From contig JANVYQ010000003.1 of the NCBI GenBank assembly GCA_030059675.1, forward strand, positions 32,001 through 96,000: DNA of 64,000 nt, in the 5' to 3' direction. The notes beneath the pieces were generated by a model. The model was given only the letters and a program-made list of their open reading frames with translations. It had not been told where the DNA came from and searched no databases. The stretch comes from Candidatus Pelearchaeum maunauluense (GTDB lineage Archaea; Thermoproteota; Nitrososphaeria_A; Caldarchaeales; Caldarchaeaceae). Of this stretch, positions 62,136-64,000 are shown one piece after another. Position numbers and translations under genes: made by a program. How positions within the stretch are numbered: the stretch's first letter is position 1; each line of letters starts with the position of its first letter.

Positions 62136-62972
62136 CTAGTCTTTTTTGTATGCTCTGATGACCAGCGGAAGAGCTGTCATGAGATATGCGAGCTGTATTG
62201 CTAGTCTCCCTATCTCGGCTTTTACCGTATAGCCGAATAATACCGCAAATATCGAGCCTATGACGTTTTTGTCGTGTAGTAGGCTGTCTGTTGGTATAGG
62301 TAGCGCGTATGCCGTTTGTGCGAACCAGCCGAGTGAGATTCCGCTATCCTCGGCAAATTCTATAAGCTCATGCGTCCCGTAGCCAGCTAGACCACCGGCC
62401 AAAAGTACCAATAATATGCTGGTTATGTAAAAGAACCGTCTTATGTTTAGACGCATTCCTATGAAGAATAGAGCATATGCTAACGCGACTGCTACAGCTG
62501 CTCCTAAGAAAGAACCTATTGATGATGATAGTGGGTTTCGGACTAGGAATGGAATTATGAAGAGCACTGTTTCAAGACCTTCGCGGAATACTATTACGAA
62601 TGAAAATGCTGTAAGTCCTATCACTGTTCCGCGCGTAGTAATCTGTTCCACCCTGCTCTCGATTTCTGTTTTTATTGATTTAGCCTTGGTGGCCATCCAG
62701 AGTATCATGGTTGAGAGCACGACAACTGCCAGCCATGCGGCTACTCCTTCAAACAGTGCCTTTGTAGCACCACTAAGAGCGCCATATAGCATCCAGCTTA
62801 GCGAGCCCAACAATATGCTTGCGAATAGAGCAGTATAGACGCCGTACTTAACGTATTTCGTGAGTATTTTCCTGCCTGTTTTTGAGAGATACGCGAGAAT
62901 TATTGAGACGATGAGCGCAGCTTCAAAACCTTCACGCAGTGTTATGAGCGCTTCTGCGAATACCATTCTCAT
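62136..62972 (-). CDS. FTR1/EfeU family iron permease
   Basis: Two RExxE motifs (LREGFEA, FREGLET) in TM helices. Confidence 0.93.
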   Translation of the reverse strand: MRMVFAEALITLREGFEAALIVSIILAYLSKTGRKILTKYVKYGVYTALFASILLGSLSWMLYGALSGATKALFEGVAAWLAVVVLSTMILWMATKAKSIKTEIESRVEQITTRGTVIGLTAFSFVIVFREGLETVLFIIPFLVRNPLSSSIGSFLGAAVAVALAYALFFIGMRLNIRRFFYITSILLVLLAGGLAGYGTHELIEFAEDSGISLGWFAQTAYALPIPTDSLLHDKNVIGSIFAVLFGYTVKAEIGRLAIQLAYLMTALPLVIRAYKKD

Positions 62973-63038
62973 CTACACCTTGTGAGCCAGTTTTTGCCGA
63001 CCACGTCTATAACGGTGTTATAGTTCTATTTAACCTTC

Positions 63039-63066
63039 ACTTTGTGAAATAATTATTTCACAAAGT
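63039..63066. promoter_or_regulatory. perfect 28-bp palindrome ACTTTGTGAAATAATTATTTCACAAAGT (candidate operator)
   Basis: Verified self-complementary; lies next to the minus-strand TTAAATA box of the FTR1 gene. Confidence 0.75.
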
Positions 63067-63106
63067 TACTCACAAGGTATTTAATTACCGTGAAATATAG
63101 GTAATC

Positions 63107-63139
63107 TTCACACCGTTAAATAGTTAATCGCGGTGTGAA
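63107..63139. promoter_or_regulatory. inverted repeat TTCACACCG-N15-CGGTGTGAA straddling the regulator TATA box
   Basis: 9-bp arms share the GTGAA/TTCAC half-site with 63039-63066; the spacer contains TTAAATA. Confidence 0.6.
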
Positions 63140-63141
63140 AA

Positions 63142-63885
63142 TTGATGATGAACCTGAGGGCGGAGAAGATAATTCCAGGAGTTAGGGCTGTGCTTGCCCG
63201 TCTTTTGGTTGAGAAGTATGGCTTGAAGAAGGTTGAGGTTGCTAGAGCTCTTGGCTTGAGTCCGCAGGCTGTTACTCAGTATCTTACGGGTGCGCGTGCT
63301 GGGGATGCGGCGGAGATGCTAAAGCACCAACAAGTATTGACGTTGATAGAGGATTTGGCAGCCAAGATAGCGGCAAGAGGAGGCCAGCTTATGCAGGCCG
63401 AGATAATAGACCTGGCTTTCGAGATAGCTTCGATAATCCAGTCAAAGCCTGAGGAAGAAAAGGCAGAAGCTATTCCAACTGATGTTAGAGAGAAGTTGCT
63501 GAAGACCCTACGAGCAAGGCTTCAGGCCGAGCAGGAGGCTGCCGAGCTGTTTATGGGTGTTGCGGCGAAGATGCGTAATGATTTGAGCAGACTTCTATTT
63601 AGGCAGATAGCCAGCGACAGCATAAGACACGCAGACATAGTAATGGCCACAATATCAGCGATAGAGCGGGGTGAAAACACCCCAGTAGATTTCCCAGAAG
63701 AGAAAGAGCTTAAGAAATTGCTAGAGAATGAAGAAACGGCTCATGTCCATAGTCTTGAAGATGTTAGGCACCTAATACAGAACGATGTCATAGGGCTGCT
63801 CATAGATTCTATTGAGGCTGACGAGGAGAAGCACGCGAAGATACTGGCTAAACTGATTAGCATTAAACAGCAGAAAAAGCAGTAA
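63142..63885 (+). CDS. HTH transcriptional regulator (COG2522/ThiR-type HTH) fused to a ferritin-like four-helix domain
   Basis: IPGVRA.LAR.LVEKYG....VA..LG.S..AVTQY..G.R HTH; C-terminal E..(AEQEA), DSIRH, ENEE and DEEKH carboxylate/His pattern. Confidence 0.82.
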   Translation: MMMNLRAEKIIPGVRAVLARLLVEKYGLKKVEVARALGLSPQAVTQYLTGARAGDAAEMLKHQQVLTLIEDLAAKIAARGGQLMQAEIIDLAFEIASIIQSKPEEEKAEAIPTDVREKLLKTLRARLQAEQEAAELFMGVAAKMRNDLSRLLFRQIASDSIRHADIVMATISAIERGENTPVDFPEEKELKKLLENEETAHVHSLEDVRHLIQNDVIGLLIDSIEADEEKHAKILAKLISIKQQKKQ

Positions 63886-63889
63886 ATAT

Positions 63890-64000
63890 CTACTCTTCTG
63901 GGGTTTTTAGGCCGAGCTTCTGCCGTAGCCTAACTATCCTCTCCCTATGCTCGCGTACGAGGGGCCCGATATCTTTGGGTGCCTCATAGCCATGCTTCTC
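63890..64000 (-). CDS. 3' end of an unidentified protein (partial)
   Basis: Open frame EKHGYEAPKDIGPLVREHRERIVRLRQKLGLKTPEE ending in TAG, converging on the regulator. Confidence 0.5.
   Translation of the reverse strand, partial: EKHGYEAPKDIGPLVREHRERIVRLRQKLGLKTPEE

Noticed and set aside
53499-62140. tRNA 3' ends as integration sites for an element
   Set aside because: Accessory-type genes abut both tRNAs, but I found no duplicated att sequence or integrase, and the intervening genes include core aspS, alba and rpl40e.
528-62838. Numerous short antisense or overlapping ORFs in the track (e.g. 3146-3478, 9348-9767, 53349-53684, 61699-62005, 62443-62838)
   Set aside because: They are shadow frames of well-supported genes or tRNAs, with no recognisable motifs.
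1-64000. CRISPR array, cas genes, transposases or integrases
   Set aside because: No regularly spaced direct repeats or recognisable mobile-element ORFs were seen by eye.

Overview
Archaeal chromosomal window. The gene repertoire (thermosome, Rpo6, Alba, L40e, Topo VI A, archaeal PheRS/TyrS/AspRS, tetraether synthase, a fused subunit I+III heme-copper oxidase, intron-containing tRNAs) points to a thermophilic TACK archaeon, most plausibly Aigarchaeota/Caldarchaeales; this assignment is inference. Core genes flank (about 1-13.2 kb and 42-62 kb) an accessory catabolic/transport region (about 13.2-42 kb). That region is partly decayed: a frameshifted serine protease, an iorB::substrate-binding-protein deletion chimera, livG with a nonsense codon, and a multiply disrupted sugar ABC operon. 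It also holds an intact oxidase-cupredoxin cluster. Features missed by the ORF track: an RHH (CdrS/aCcr1-like) gene, rpl40e, tRNA-Ser(CGA) and tRNA-Val(TAC) with introns, a K-turn H/ACA-like RNA, and genes that seem to start at CTG/ACG. Most notable candidates: an HTH-ferritin-like one-component regulator divergent from an FTR1 iron permease across a perfect 28-bp palindrome; an A-type oxidase that keeps the D-channel but lacks K-channel residues; and a Top6A-phosphoesterase-SWS1-like SWIM gene cluster. No CRISPR array, transposase or integrase was seen. All calls are by-eye motif recognition; no database searches were run.
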